A DNA stretch of 64,000 bases, taken from Promethearchaeota archaeon. GTDB lineage: Archaea > Asgardarchaeota > Heimdallarchaeia > Hodarchaeales > Hodarchaeaceae. The notes under the pieces were generated by a model, which was not told the origin of the DNA, ran no database searches, and was given only the letters and a program-made list of their open reading frames with translations. Location: NCBI GenBank assembly GCA_048938105.1, contig JBHLMN010000006.1, positions 205,591-269,590 of the forward strand, written 5' to 3'. Positions 55,841 to 64,000 of this stretch are shown in pieces (within the stretch, counting starts at the first letter, position 1; each line of letters begins with the position of its first letter). A program made the position numbers and the translations under genes.

Positions 55841-57280
55841 TTGATATGGATAAAGTGGAGGTTACTAATTATGGTTGAATTTAGAATTGAAATAGATAGC
55901 TTAGGAGAAGTGAAAGTTCCAATAGATAAATATTGGGGAGCACAAACACAGCGGTCTCTTGATAATTTTCCTTTTACTTCATTAGGAAAAATTAAGTTTT
56001 CTACCGAATTCATTCGAGCTTTAGGTATAATCAAAAGAGCATGTGCTGAGGTTAACAGAGATTTAGGCCTTTTGAAAACAGAATACGCTGAACTTATAGT
56101 GAAAGCTTCTCAGGAAGTCATTGATGGTAAATTTAACGATGAATTTCCACTTGTAATTTGGCAAACTGGATCAGGTACTCAAACAAACATGAATGTGAAT
56201 GAAGTAATCAGTAACAGAGCAATTGAGCTTAGTGGTGGAAAAATAGGTTCTAAAACTCCAATCCATCCCAACAATCATGTCAATTTATCACAATCCTCAA
56301 ATGATGTAATTCCAACAGCAATGCATATTTCTGCTGTTGAACAGATAAATGAGGAATTATTACCATCTCTAACTCATCTTAAAACAACATTAAGAGAGAA
56401 AGAGAGAGAATTTCAAGGTATTATTAAAACTGGTAGAACTCATTTAATGGATGCGACACCAATAACCTTGGGTCAGGAATTTTCAGGATATGTTACTCAA
56501 ATCGCAAACAACATTACGCGGATTAAAAATTCGTTATCTCACCTATATGAGCTAGCATTGGGAGGTACTGCAGTGGGAACAGGATTGAATTCCCATCCTG
56601 AATTCGCGGAACGAGTTGCAAAACGTATTACAGAGTTAACAAATTATCCTTTTAAAACAGGAAGAAATAAATTCGAGGGTATAGCTGCTCACGATGCAAT
56701 TGTCGAAACTAGTGGAGCTCTAAAAGTCTTGGCGGTTAGTCTGATGAAGATAGCTAATGACATTCGATGGCTTGGTTCTGGACCTAGAGCTGGTCTAGGT
56801 GAGCTTTTTCTCCCCATAAACGAACCTGGATCTTCAATTATGCCAGGAAAAGTCAACCCAACTCAACCAGAATCAGTTACCCAAGTTGTAACTCAAGTTT
56901 TAGGTAATGATGTAACAATAGGATTTGCTGGGTCACAAGGTAACTTTGAACTTAATGTATTCAAACCTGTAATGATTTATAATTTATTACAATCAATTCA
57001 ACTACTTGCTGATGTTTCCATGAATTTTGCAGATCGATGTATAAAAGATCTTAAACCTAACAAAGAAAGAATTTTGGAGACTTTAGAAAAGAATCTCATG
57101 CTAATAACAAGATTAAGTCCAATCATAGGTTATGAGGCTGCAGCTGAGGTAGCACATGAAGCTTATAGGACTGGAAAGACTTTGAAGGAAGTAATACTTG
57201 AAAAAGGTATAATGGAAAATGAAGCAGAAATAGACAAGGCTTTAGACCCTATTAAGATGATAAAACCAGGATTCCAATAA
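55841..57280 (+). CDS. fumC: Fumarate hydratase class II
   Basis: [41 protein letters not shown]. Probable start is the ATG at 55871. Confidence 0.95.
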   Translation: MIWIKWRLLIMVEFRIEIDSLGEVKVPIDKYWGAQTQRSLDNFPFTSLGKIKFSTEFIRALGIIKRACAEVNRDLGLLKTEYAELIVKASQEVIDGKFNDEFPLVIWQTGSGTQTNMNVNEVISNRAIELSGGKIGSKTPIHPNNHVNLSQSSNDVIPTAMHISAVEQINEELLPSLTHLKTTLREKEREFQGIIKTGRTHLMDATPITLGQEFSGYVTQIANNITRIKNSLSHLYELALGGTAVGTGLNSHPEFAERVAKRITELTNYPFKTGRNKFEGIAAHDAIVETSGALKVLAVSLMKIANDIRWLGSGPRAGLGELFLPINEPGSSIMPGKVNPTQPESVTQVVTQVLGNDVTIGFAGSQGNFELNVFKPVMIYNLLQSIQLLADVSMNFADRCIKDLKPNKERILETLEKNLMLITRLSPIIGYEAAAEVAHEAYRTGKTLKEVILEKGIMENEAEIDKALDPIKMIKPGFQ

Positions 57281-57451
57281 TTACGTAATTTTGATTAAGC
57301 TGCTGGGATTATAAAGATTTTGTTGAACCTCTACACCTTTTCTCTTATCCTTCTTTATCTAAAAATCACTAATAGTTGATTTTTAATTGAATTTATTTAT
57401 CTAACAGCTTGACAGGCTTATCACATTCGCAAAAAGTAGAACATAATGAAT

Positions 57452-57859
57452 TTACTCCTCCAACTCTTCTAATGATCGTTTATTTTTCTCTAAATAATTG
57501 GTTATTGCCCTTCGAAGTGCATCGACTGCTAAATTTGAGCAGTGCATCTTTTGTTTTGGTAACCCACCTAAATCTTCAGCAACCTGCTTCTTAGTAATTT
57601 TATAAGCTTCTTTTAATGTTTTACCTTTGGCAATTTCTGTTGTGTGAGAACTTGTCGCTATAGCTGCAACACATCCAAATGTTTTGACCTTAATATCCTC
57701 AATTACGTCAGTTTCATCATTAACCTTAATATAGATCCACATTACGTCTCCACAAACAGGGTTCCCTATTTTACCAAGCCCGCTAGGATTCTCAATCTCT
57801 CCCATATTCTTAGGTTTCATAAAAAGATCCATTACTCTTTTAGAGTATAATTTTGCCAA
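57452..57859 (-). CDS. iscU: Fe-S cluster scaffold IscU/NifU
   Basis: GNPVCGD, FGCVAAIA, LPKQKMHCSNLA. Confidence 0.93.
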   Translation of the reverse strand: MAKLYSKRVMDLFMKPKNMGEIENPSGLGKIGNPVCGDVMWIYIKVNDETDVIEDIKVKTFGCVAAIATSSHTTEIAKGKTLKEAYKITKKQVAEDLGGLPKQKMHCSNLAVDALRRAITNYLEKNKRSLEELEE

Positions 57860-57878
57860 TTTTTAGTTCTCCTAAATA

Positions 57879-58202
57879 TCAATGTTTTCGAGCAGTATGT
57901 TTTAGAAGGTACGCAAGGGGAATGTCTTGATATCTACCATCTGGTAGAGTTCTACGAACTAAGATAGGGAGAAGCCCCTGTTTAATTTCTCGTTCAGCTA
58001 CCAAAATTGGGTCACCTTGCTCTTGTTTTCTTCTTCTCGGATTTTCAGGGATTTTAGATTCTGTTGGAGCATCCACCTCAACGAGAACTGGTGCGCCCAT
58101 GGAAATCTGAAGTGCACGGGCTCCCAAAATGCGGGCATACTCAAATCGAGTAAGCATATCAGGCCCGATTAGATTTTTTGATTTTTTATTGTTATGTATC
58201 AC
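57879..58202 (-). CDS. rpo6: DNA-directed RNA polymerase subunit Rpo6 (K)
   Basis: [22 protein letters not shown]...P[10 protein letters not shown]. Confidence 0.93.
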   Translation of the reverse strand: MIHNNKKSKNLIGPDMLTRFEYARILGARALQISMGAPVLVEVDAPTESKIPENPRRRKQEQGDPILVAEREIKQGLLPILVRRTLPDGRYQDIPLAYLLKHTARKH

Positions 58203-58359
58203 AAAATAGCCAGCTGTCCTTCTAGAATTGTCCTAGAGAACCCTTTTGGTGTATTCAATCTTCTCAAGCAATATCAAGAGAACATTCTTCTTTTTTGAAC
58301 CGTTCCTTGGTAATTTAGGATCCAGAAATCATCCAATTTAGTCACTTGAGAGGAATCAT

Positions 58360-59385
58360 TCAATTTGATAGTTCAAACATTCTTTCCAGACATTTTTTAG
58401 CCCGAAAGTGAATATTATTTGGAATTTCAATAATTTGATCACGGTGAGGGGATTGTAGTACTTGGAGAATATTTTCAAGGTTAATTGTTTTCATATAGGG
58501 GCATAAAATACAGGTACCAAGGAAGTTCTTTTCAGGATATTCTACCTGTAGCCTTTCCGTTAAGCCACATTCAGTTATGAGAGCAAAATTTTTCGCAGGA
58601 GAGGATTTGACATAACGAATCATGTCTCCAGTACTCCCGACTAAATCAGCTTCAGCTGCAACAGAAGGATCACATTCTGAGTGAGCAAGGATCTTGATAT
58701 TTTCATTTTGCTCCCTAAGGTACTGAATTTGTATTTGGGTGAACTGGTTGTGAACAATACACTCTGCATCCCAACCAATGATTCTTTTCCCAGTCAAGGG
58801 CCCAAGATTCTCCTTCATATGTTTATCAGGAAGAAAAATTACTGTCTCAGAATCTAGTTTTGTGATGATTTCAACTGCATTTGCACTAGTTACACATACA
58901 TCACATTCTGCTTTGACTGCAGCTGTAGTGTTCACATAACAAACTATAGGGATACTTGGATATTTTGCTCGTAATTTCTGGACATCTTTCGCAGTAAGAC
59001 CATCAGCAAGGGAACAACCTGCTTTGGATGAGGGAAGTAATATCGTTTTGTTAGGGTTGACAAGTTTAGCAGTCTCAGCCATGAATCGTACTCCACAAAA
59101 AACAATGATATCAGCATTGACTTCCATGGCTTCTCTGCTAAGCCCTAAGCTGTCCCCAACGAAATCAGCAACACCAAAAATGATTTGGGGCATCTGGTAA
59201 GAATGAGCGAGAATAATAGCATTTTTCTGTTTTTTGAGTTGCTTAATCTCTAAGGTTAAAGGAGCAATGAATGAACAATGTTCACGAGTCCACTTAAGAT
59301 GGTTCAACTTGTTTGATAAGAAGTTAATTTCTGCTTCAATTTCATTTTGAGAGTGTTCTATACATTCTTGCCTTGAATCTTTCAT
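58360..59385 (-). CDS. nadA: Quinolinate synthase
   Basis: LAHSYQ, GDSL, CGVRFMAE, GCSLA, YVNT, CIVH, HSEC, CPYM. Confidence 0.95.
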   Translation of the reverse strand: MKDSRQECIEHSQNEIEAEINFLSNKLNHLKWTREHCSFIAPLTLEIKQLKKQKNAIILAHSYQMPQIIFGVADFVGDSLGLSREAMEVNADIIVFCGVRFMAETAKLVNPNKTILLPSSKAGCSLADGLTAKDVQKLRAKYPSIPIVCYVNTTAAVKAECDVCVTSANAVEIITKLDSETVIFLPDKHMKENLGPLTGKRIIGWDAECIVHNQFTQIQIQYLREQNENIKILAHSECDPSVAAEADLVGSTGDMIRYVKSSPAKNFALITECGLTERLQVEYPEKNFLGTCILCPYMKTINLENILQVLQSPHRDQIIEIPNNIHFRAKKCLERMFELSN

Positions 59386-59629
59386 ATATTATGGACCTAG
59401 GACGTACAAGGACTCCTATCTCTATCTAACAAATTAGACTCATTTCATATAAGATTTTCTCATATCAGGACAAAAATTTTCATATTCTTAGGCCTCAAAA
59501 CATAAATGAAATGAAAAGAAATCTAAAAATCAGCTTCTCCTCTTTTTCAGGTAATGTCCATTCATACAATACTCATCACTCAAAAGTATCTCACTAAAAT
59601 GTATTTGACAATTGGGACATTCCTAGACT

Positions 59630-61069
59630 TTATTTGCTAATATTTTTGATTAAATCCTTCACTTGTGACGTAAAATCGGCCATTAACCTTTCAGCTTCAC
59701 TTTGAGAATTAGCCTCTACGGTTATTCTAATTTCTGGGTTTGTATTTGAGGCTTTGATCAAAACCCATGATTCTATTCCAAATTTAATTCTGATACCATC
59801 AACAGTATTGAGATCATCAAATCTTGAGCGACATTCTCTGATTAATTCATCAATAACATTGAATTTTATTAAATCTACGCAGGGTTCAATATGTTGAAGC
59901 CGATGTGTTGTTGGTAAACTATCAACAATTTTGTTCAAAGATCGGGTGTCCTCACTTAGGACTTGGCCAAGTTTAAGGGGAATGGGTATTGCATCATCAA
60001 AGGTGAATAAGTCAGGAAAAACCATATGACCGCTTCGTTCTATTCCCAACAAAGTATCTGGATTTTCAATTGCATTTAAAACTAAGTGAGTTTGGCCTAC
60101 CTTTATTCGGTCAATAATTCCTTTTTTTGGTACTAATATTTTTTCTAAAGCCAATGAGCAATCAACACTAGCAACGATGCGTCTTTCTAGTGTTCTTTTT
60201 TTGTTTAAGTAATGGTCAGCAATTACCAGACCAGTGATGTCAGTAGATAAAACTCGACCAATATTATCTACAATAATTGCACGATCAGCGTCACCGTCAA
60301 AGCTTACACCAAAATCAGCTTTTTCCATTCTAACTTCTTGAGCTAGAAGATCTAATGAATGTTGATCAGTTTCCGGGGATCTATTAGGAAAAAAAGTATT
60401 TGATTCATTAAAAAACTTTTCCACATTTAATCCTACATCTTCAAGAATCTGGGTGATTGATTTACAAGATGAATTAGTACTACAGTCTATAACGACTTTA
60501 ATTGGTTTCTCAAATGTAAATTTTGAAATTAAATAATTTTTATAATCATTTTTCAAACAGACGTTCTGGCTTTGCCCTACATGGGAATAATTGGGTTGGA
60601 TGAATGTACCGTTAAAGAAAATATCACGAATTTCCCGATATTTTTCTTGAGAAAAACCAACACCATTCATATGGTAAAACTTAACCCCAGCCCAATCAGG
60701 TGGGAGAGGAGATGCTGTTATAAAGGCACTCGCGTAATCTTTCCTTTGCAAAGCTGAGAACAACGCAATCCCAAGAAGAACAGGCTCTCCCGAGAATTCC
60801 ACGTTGACACCAGTGCTTAATATACCAGCAATTAAAGTATCAACTAGAATCTGACTGGTTTTACAAAAATCGTAACCAACATAAACTGCTCTATTTCTCA
60901 ATTCTGTTTCTTCAATCAGAAATGTACCAAATGCCTGACCAATTCTATAGATGATTTGTGGGGTTATGTACTCACCGTACTTTCCCTGAATACAAGAAGT
61001 CCTAAATATATGTTTTAGATTCTCTTGATCGTCCTTATCCGTTTTTTCCATCTTTCTCAACTTCAACAA
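59630..61069 (-). CDS. Alpha-D-phosphohexomutase family protein (divergent)
   Basis: FDGDADR metal loop and E-x-SGH are present, but the phospho-Ser loop reads TASPLPP. Confidence 0.8.
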   Translation of the reverse strand: MLKLRKMEKTDKDDQENLKHIFRTSCIQGKYGEYITPQIIYRIGQAFGTFLIEETELRNRAVYVGYDFCKTSQILVDTLIAGILSTGVNVEFSGEPVLLGIALFSALQRKDYASAFITASPLPPDWAGVKFYHMNGVGFSQEKYREIRDIFFNGTFIQPNYSHVGQSQNVCLKNDYKNYLISKFTFEKPIKVVIDCSTNSSCKSITQILEDVGLNVEKFFNESNTFFPNRSPETDQHSLDLLAQEVRMEKADFGVSFDGDADRAIIVDNIGRVLSTDITGLVIADHYLNKKRTLERRIVASVDCSLALEKILVPKKGIIDRIKVGQTHLVLNAIENPDTLLGIERSGHMVFPDLFTFDDAIPIPLKLGQVLSEDTRSLNKIVDSLPTTHRLQHIEPCVDLIKFNVIDELIRECRSRFDDLNTVDGIRIKFGIESWVLIKASNTNPEIRITVEANSQSEAERLMADFTSQVKDLIKNISK

Positions 61070-61226
61070 ATATATTAGTAATCACTGAGTTAAGTATGTT
61101 AAGATTTCATGTCACAATAACACATGTAAATAACTCATTTTAATTGTCTAAATCTTGGTCATTCTCTAGATTTATTATTTAGATTCGATGAGGTTTTATG
61201 TAACTTGTAGTTATTGATACCAAGAA

Positions 61227-61691
61227 TTATCTGATGATTAGAACATCACACTCGGCATTATTCACTATGTAGGTAGCCACAGTACCTAAAACTAAATCGA
61301 ATTTTGAATGGTGCCCCTTGCTACCTAAGACAATAAGATCGAAAATTTCGTCCTTAACCCTTTCGATCGCATATTTTTCTGGCTTTATATCATATATTAA
61401 CCTTGCTTCAATCGGAACACTAGCTTTTTTGAAGATTAGTTTTGTTTCTTTTATAATCTGTTTTCCTAATTTCTCATAATCACTACGAACCGTATCATAT
61501 GATTCGATAGATGAAGGAATCTGACCGAAAATCGTAAAAACTGGTATAACCATATGATGCTCGATAGAATGAAATGCAACGATTTTACAATTCCATATTT
61601 TATAGAATTCTATGACCTTGTTAACAGCTTTATATGCTTCCTCTGAACCATCTATACAGAGCAATACTTTTTTGTACATAATATTTTTCAC
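61227..61691 (-). CDS. Universal stress protein
   Basis: LCIDGS, DLIVLGSKG, LGTVA...CDVLIIR. Confidence 0.92.
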   Translation of the reverse strand: MKNIMYKKVLLCIDGSEEAYKAVNKVIEFYKIWNCKIVAFHSIEHHMVIPVFTIFGQIPSSIESYDTVRSDYEKLGKQIIKETKLIFKKASVPIEARLIYDIKPEKYAIERVKDEIFDLIVLGSKGHHSKFDLVLGTVATYIVNNAECDVLIIR

Positions 61692-61797
61692 CTTTCATCA
61701 TTTTCTACATATTCTATCGAAATTTCCTTCTTTTTATTTTTCATGAATTCATTTTAACGTTTATAATAAATACTTAAATATTTACTCATTTTTATGG

Positions 61798-61832
61798 AAC
61801 GTTAAATATAAATATATATTATGTTTAATGTT
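61798..61832. promoter_or_regulatory. Imperfect 13-9-13 inverted repeat upstream of the ArsR-like gene
   Basis: AACGTTAAATATA-n9-TATGTTTAATGTT (2 mismatches) between the divergent usp and arsR genes. Confidence 0.4.
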
Positions 61833-61863
61833 AAATTGATTTGTAAAGTGTTTCAGAAAAAAA

Positions 61864-62658
61864 TTGGACCAAAAAAACAGCAATTATAACCCAATTTATC
61901 TCTACATTAAAAAAGGAAGTGATCTAGTGTCACCAAACAAGAATAAATCTCAAGAATTGGCTAATAGAGATGAAGTCGCTTTAAATAATTTGTTAGAAAT
62001 TTTCGATAGTAAGATTAGGTTTCGTATTCTCCAACTTCTCTTCGTATATGGAGAACTTAGTTTAACTGATCTTACTAAACATATGAATAGGAGTAAACCT
62101 GCTTTATATCATCATTTACAGAAAATGATTAATCTAAATGCAATCAAGGTCTCAAAGGAAGAACAGGTTCGTGGTTCAATCATGGCTAAACACTACTGTC
62201 TTGATGAACAAACTGCTTTAAAACTTCAATTAATTTCTGAGAAAGAAATAAATAAAATTATTGATCAAAAAAAACGTCTAAAAGCACTTGAAAATATTAT
62301 TACTACTTATAGATACTCAATATCTTTGTTTAGAAAAAAATTGGATATGTTTGATCTTTATACAGACTTTTTAGAAGATCAACTACAATCTAGAGAAGAT
62401 TCTGATTTGTTCCATCTCGACTTTAATCATTTGATCTCCGATTTTAACATTGGATTTCATGCTCAATATCTAACTGAGAAACAATATTCAAAATTCTTGG
62501 AATATTATCAAGAATTTTATTCGAAAGTTAGAGAGATGATCATCATTTCTGACTCTAAGGGTTCTCAAAAGAATGGAAAAATAGTAGAACGTCCTTATTT
62601 TGTCACAATACTGATCATGCCACTGAAAAAACTGTTAGAGCTAGAATTAGAAAAATGA
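61864..62658 (+). CDS. ArsR-like winged-helix regulator with a C-terminal extension
   Basis: RFRILQLL...LSLTDL...SKPALYHHLQKM...KHY. Confidence 0.8.
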   Translation: MDQKNSNYNPIYLYIKKGSDLVSPNKNKSQELANRDEVALNNLLEIFDSKIRFRILQLLFVYGELSLTDLTKHMNRSKPALYHHLQKMINLNAIKVSKEEQVRGSIMAKHYCLDEQTALKLQLISEKEINKIIDQKKRLKALENIITTYRYSISLFRKKLDMFDLYTDFLEDQLQSREDSDLFHLDFNHLISDFNIGFHAQYLTEKQYSKFLEYYQEFYSKVREMIIISDSKGSQKNGKIVERPYFVTILIMPLKKLLELELEK

Positions 62659-62732
62659 TGGCTTAATTTCTTTCAAGAATAACCAAAATCATGCGAAAGT
62701 GAAATATTGTTCAGAAAAGCTGGGAAATCATC

Positions 62733-64000
62733 ATGAGTCAAACCTTAATAACAACTGAAGAAGCAAAAACAATCGATCTAGACGAGCTGTTGAGGAAACT
62801 CTCAACTAGCAAGACCGGTCTTTCGAATCCTGAGGCAAATAAACGTGTTCAACAATTCGGGCTAAATGAAATAGCTGAAAAGAAAGTAAATCCACTTATA
62901 AAATTTTTAAGTAATTTCTGGGGGCCTATCCCTTGGATGATAGAAATTGCTGTCATTTTATCGGGAATAATTGGCCACTGGCAAGAATTCTTTATTATCT
63001 TGTTCCTATTACTCATAAATGGGGTTATTAGATTTTGGGAGGAGCATCAAGCAGATAATGCCATTGAAGCATTAAAACAGAGACTTGCACTAAAAGCTAA
63101 AGTACTGCGGGATAATCATTGGTCAGAACTACCTGCCCGTGAACTTGTCCCTGGAGATATTATTCGTGTGCGTCTTGGGGATATTGTTCCTGCCGATATT
63201 AAACTTATAAATGGGGAATACTTACTTGTAGATCAATCTGCATTGACGGGTGAATCTTTACCTGTTGAAAAACACCTTTTTGATGTTTCATATTCAGGAT
63301 CTATCGTCAGACAAGGTGAAATGAATGCATTGGTTGTTTCCACAGGGATGAATACTTACTTCGGTAAAACTACCAAACTAATGGAAGAGGCAATGACACA
63401 CAGCCATTTCCAAAAAGCAATTATTAAAATTGGAGATTTCTTAATTACTCTCGACCTTTTACTGGTGGCCTTTATATTTTTAATAGCTATCTTTAGACAC
63501 GAAAGTATTTTAGAGACACTACAGTTTGCACTGGTTCTGACGGTCGCTTCAATCCCAGCTGCTTTACCCGCAGTCTTATCAGTCACCATGGCAATAGGTG
63601 CAATGGCGTTGGCTAAAAGAGGAGCCATTGTGACTAAGTTATTATCCATCGAGGAAATGGCAGGGGTGGACGTTCTATGTTCAGATAAAACAGGTACAAT
63701 CACTAAAAATGAGCTATCCATCGCAGCAGTGGAACCTCTAGAGAACTTTACAGCCACCGATGTATATCTGATTGGAACATTGGCAAGTAAAGAGGAGGAT
63801 CGGGATCCGATTGATAATACGATCATTAGTAAAGCCAAAACCCTAGAACCAGTTATCAAGAGCCTGGATCGTTATAAAGTAACTAAATTCACACCATTTG
63901 ATCCAGTTATAAAACACACAGAGGCAACGATTCTGGATGCTGATGGAACCAGTTTTAAAGTCGCAAAAGGAGCTCCACAGGTCATTCTATCTCTAGTTTC
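62733..64000 (+). CDS. P-type (P3A) proton-efflux ATPase, 5' part
   Basis: Not in the ORF track. The ATG at 62733 gives MSQTLITTEE...FWGPIPWMIE...LVPGD...DQSALTGES...ASIPAALP...CSDKTGT...FDP...KGAPQ and runs off the window end. Confidence 0.92.
   Translation, partial: MSQTLITTEEAKTIDLDELLRKLSTSKTGLSNPEANKRVQQFGLNEIAEKKVNPLIKFLSNFWGPIPWMIEIAVILSGIIGHWQEFFIILFLLLINGVIRFWEEHQADNAIEALKQRLALKAKVLRDNHWSELPARELVPGDIIRVRLGDIVPADIKLINGEYLLVDQSALTGESLPVEKHLFDVSYSGSIVRQGEMNALVVSTGMNTYFGKTTKLMEEAMTHSHFQKAIIKIGDFLITLDLLLVAFIFLIAIFRHESILETLQFALVLTVASIPAALPAVLSVTMAIGAMALAKRGAIVTKLLSIEEMAGVDVLCSDKTGTITKNELSIAAVEPLENFTATDVYLIGTLASKEEDRDPIDNTIISKAKTLEPVIKSLDRYKVTKFTPFDPVIKHTEATILDADGTSFKVAKGAPQVILSLV

Overview
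An AT-rich archaeal window with no CRISPR array, RNA gene or intact mobile element that I can support. Rpo6, GGTGA/AGGA-type ribosome-binding sites, and two longin-like plus one uDENN-like protein suggest an Asgard archaeon, possibly Heimdallarchaeia; this is inference. Two themes are interleaved. (1) Most of a TCA/reverse-TCA toolkit: SdhD-C-A, two-subunit ATP-citrate lyase, isocitrate dehydrogenase, two aconitases of different subfamilies, two different 2-oxoacid:ferredoxin oxidoreductases (one followed by an HdrA-MvhD fusion), FumC and a LarA-family racemase. (2) A ~30-kb iron/oxygen-stress region: seven ferritin-superfamily genes in the window overall, superoxide reductase, rubredoxin, peroxiredoxins, a TrxR-like FNR, cytochrome bd, a persulfide dioxygenase-rhodanese fusion, and Fur/PerR and LrpA-like regulators. 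The most novel-looking element is a tandem pair of Cys-bearing longin-like proteins, one fused to a peroxiredoxin. The ORF track misses sdhA and a P3A H+-ATPase (both cut by the window edges), a Fur/PerR gene with no ATG/GTG/TTG start, and a 46-aa rubredoxin. All family calls come from motif recognition by eye; no database searches were run.
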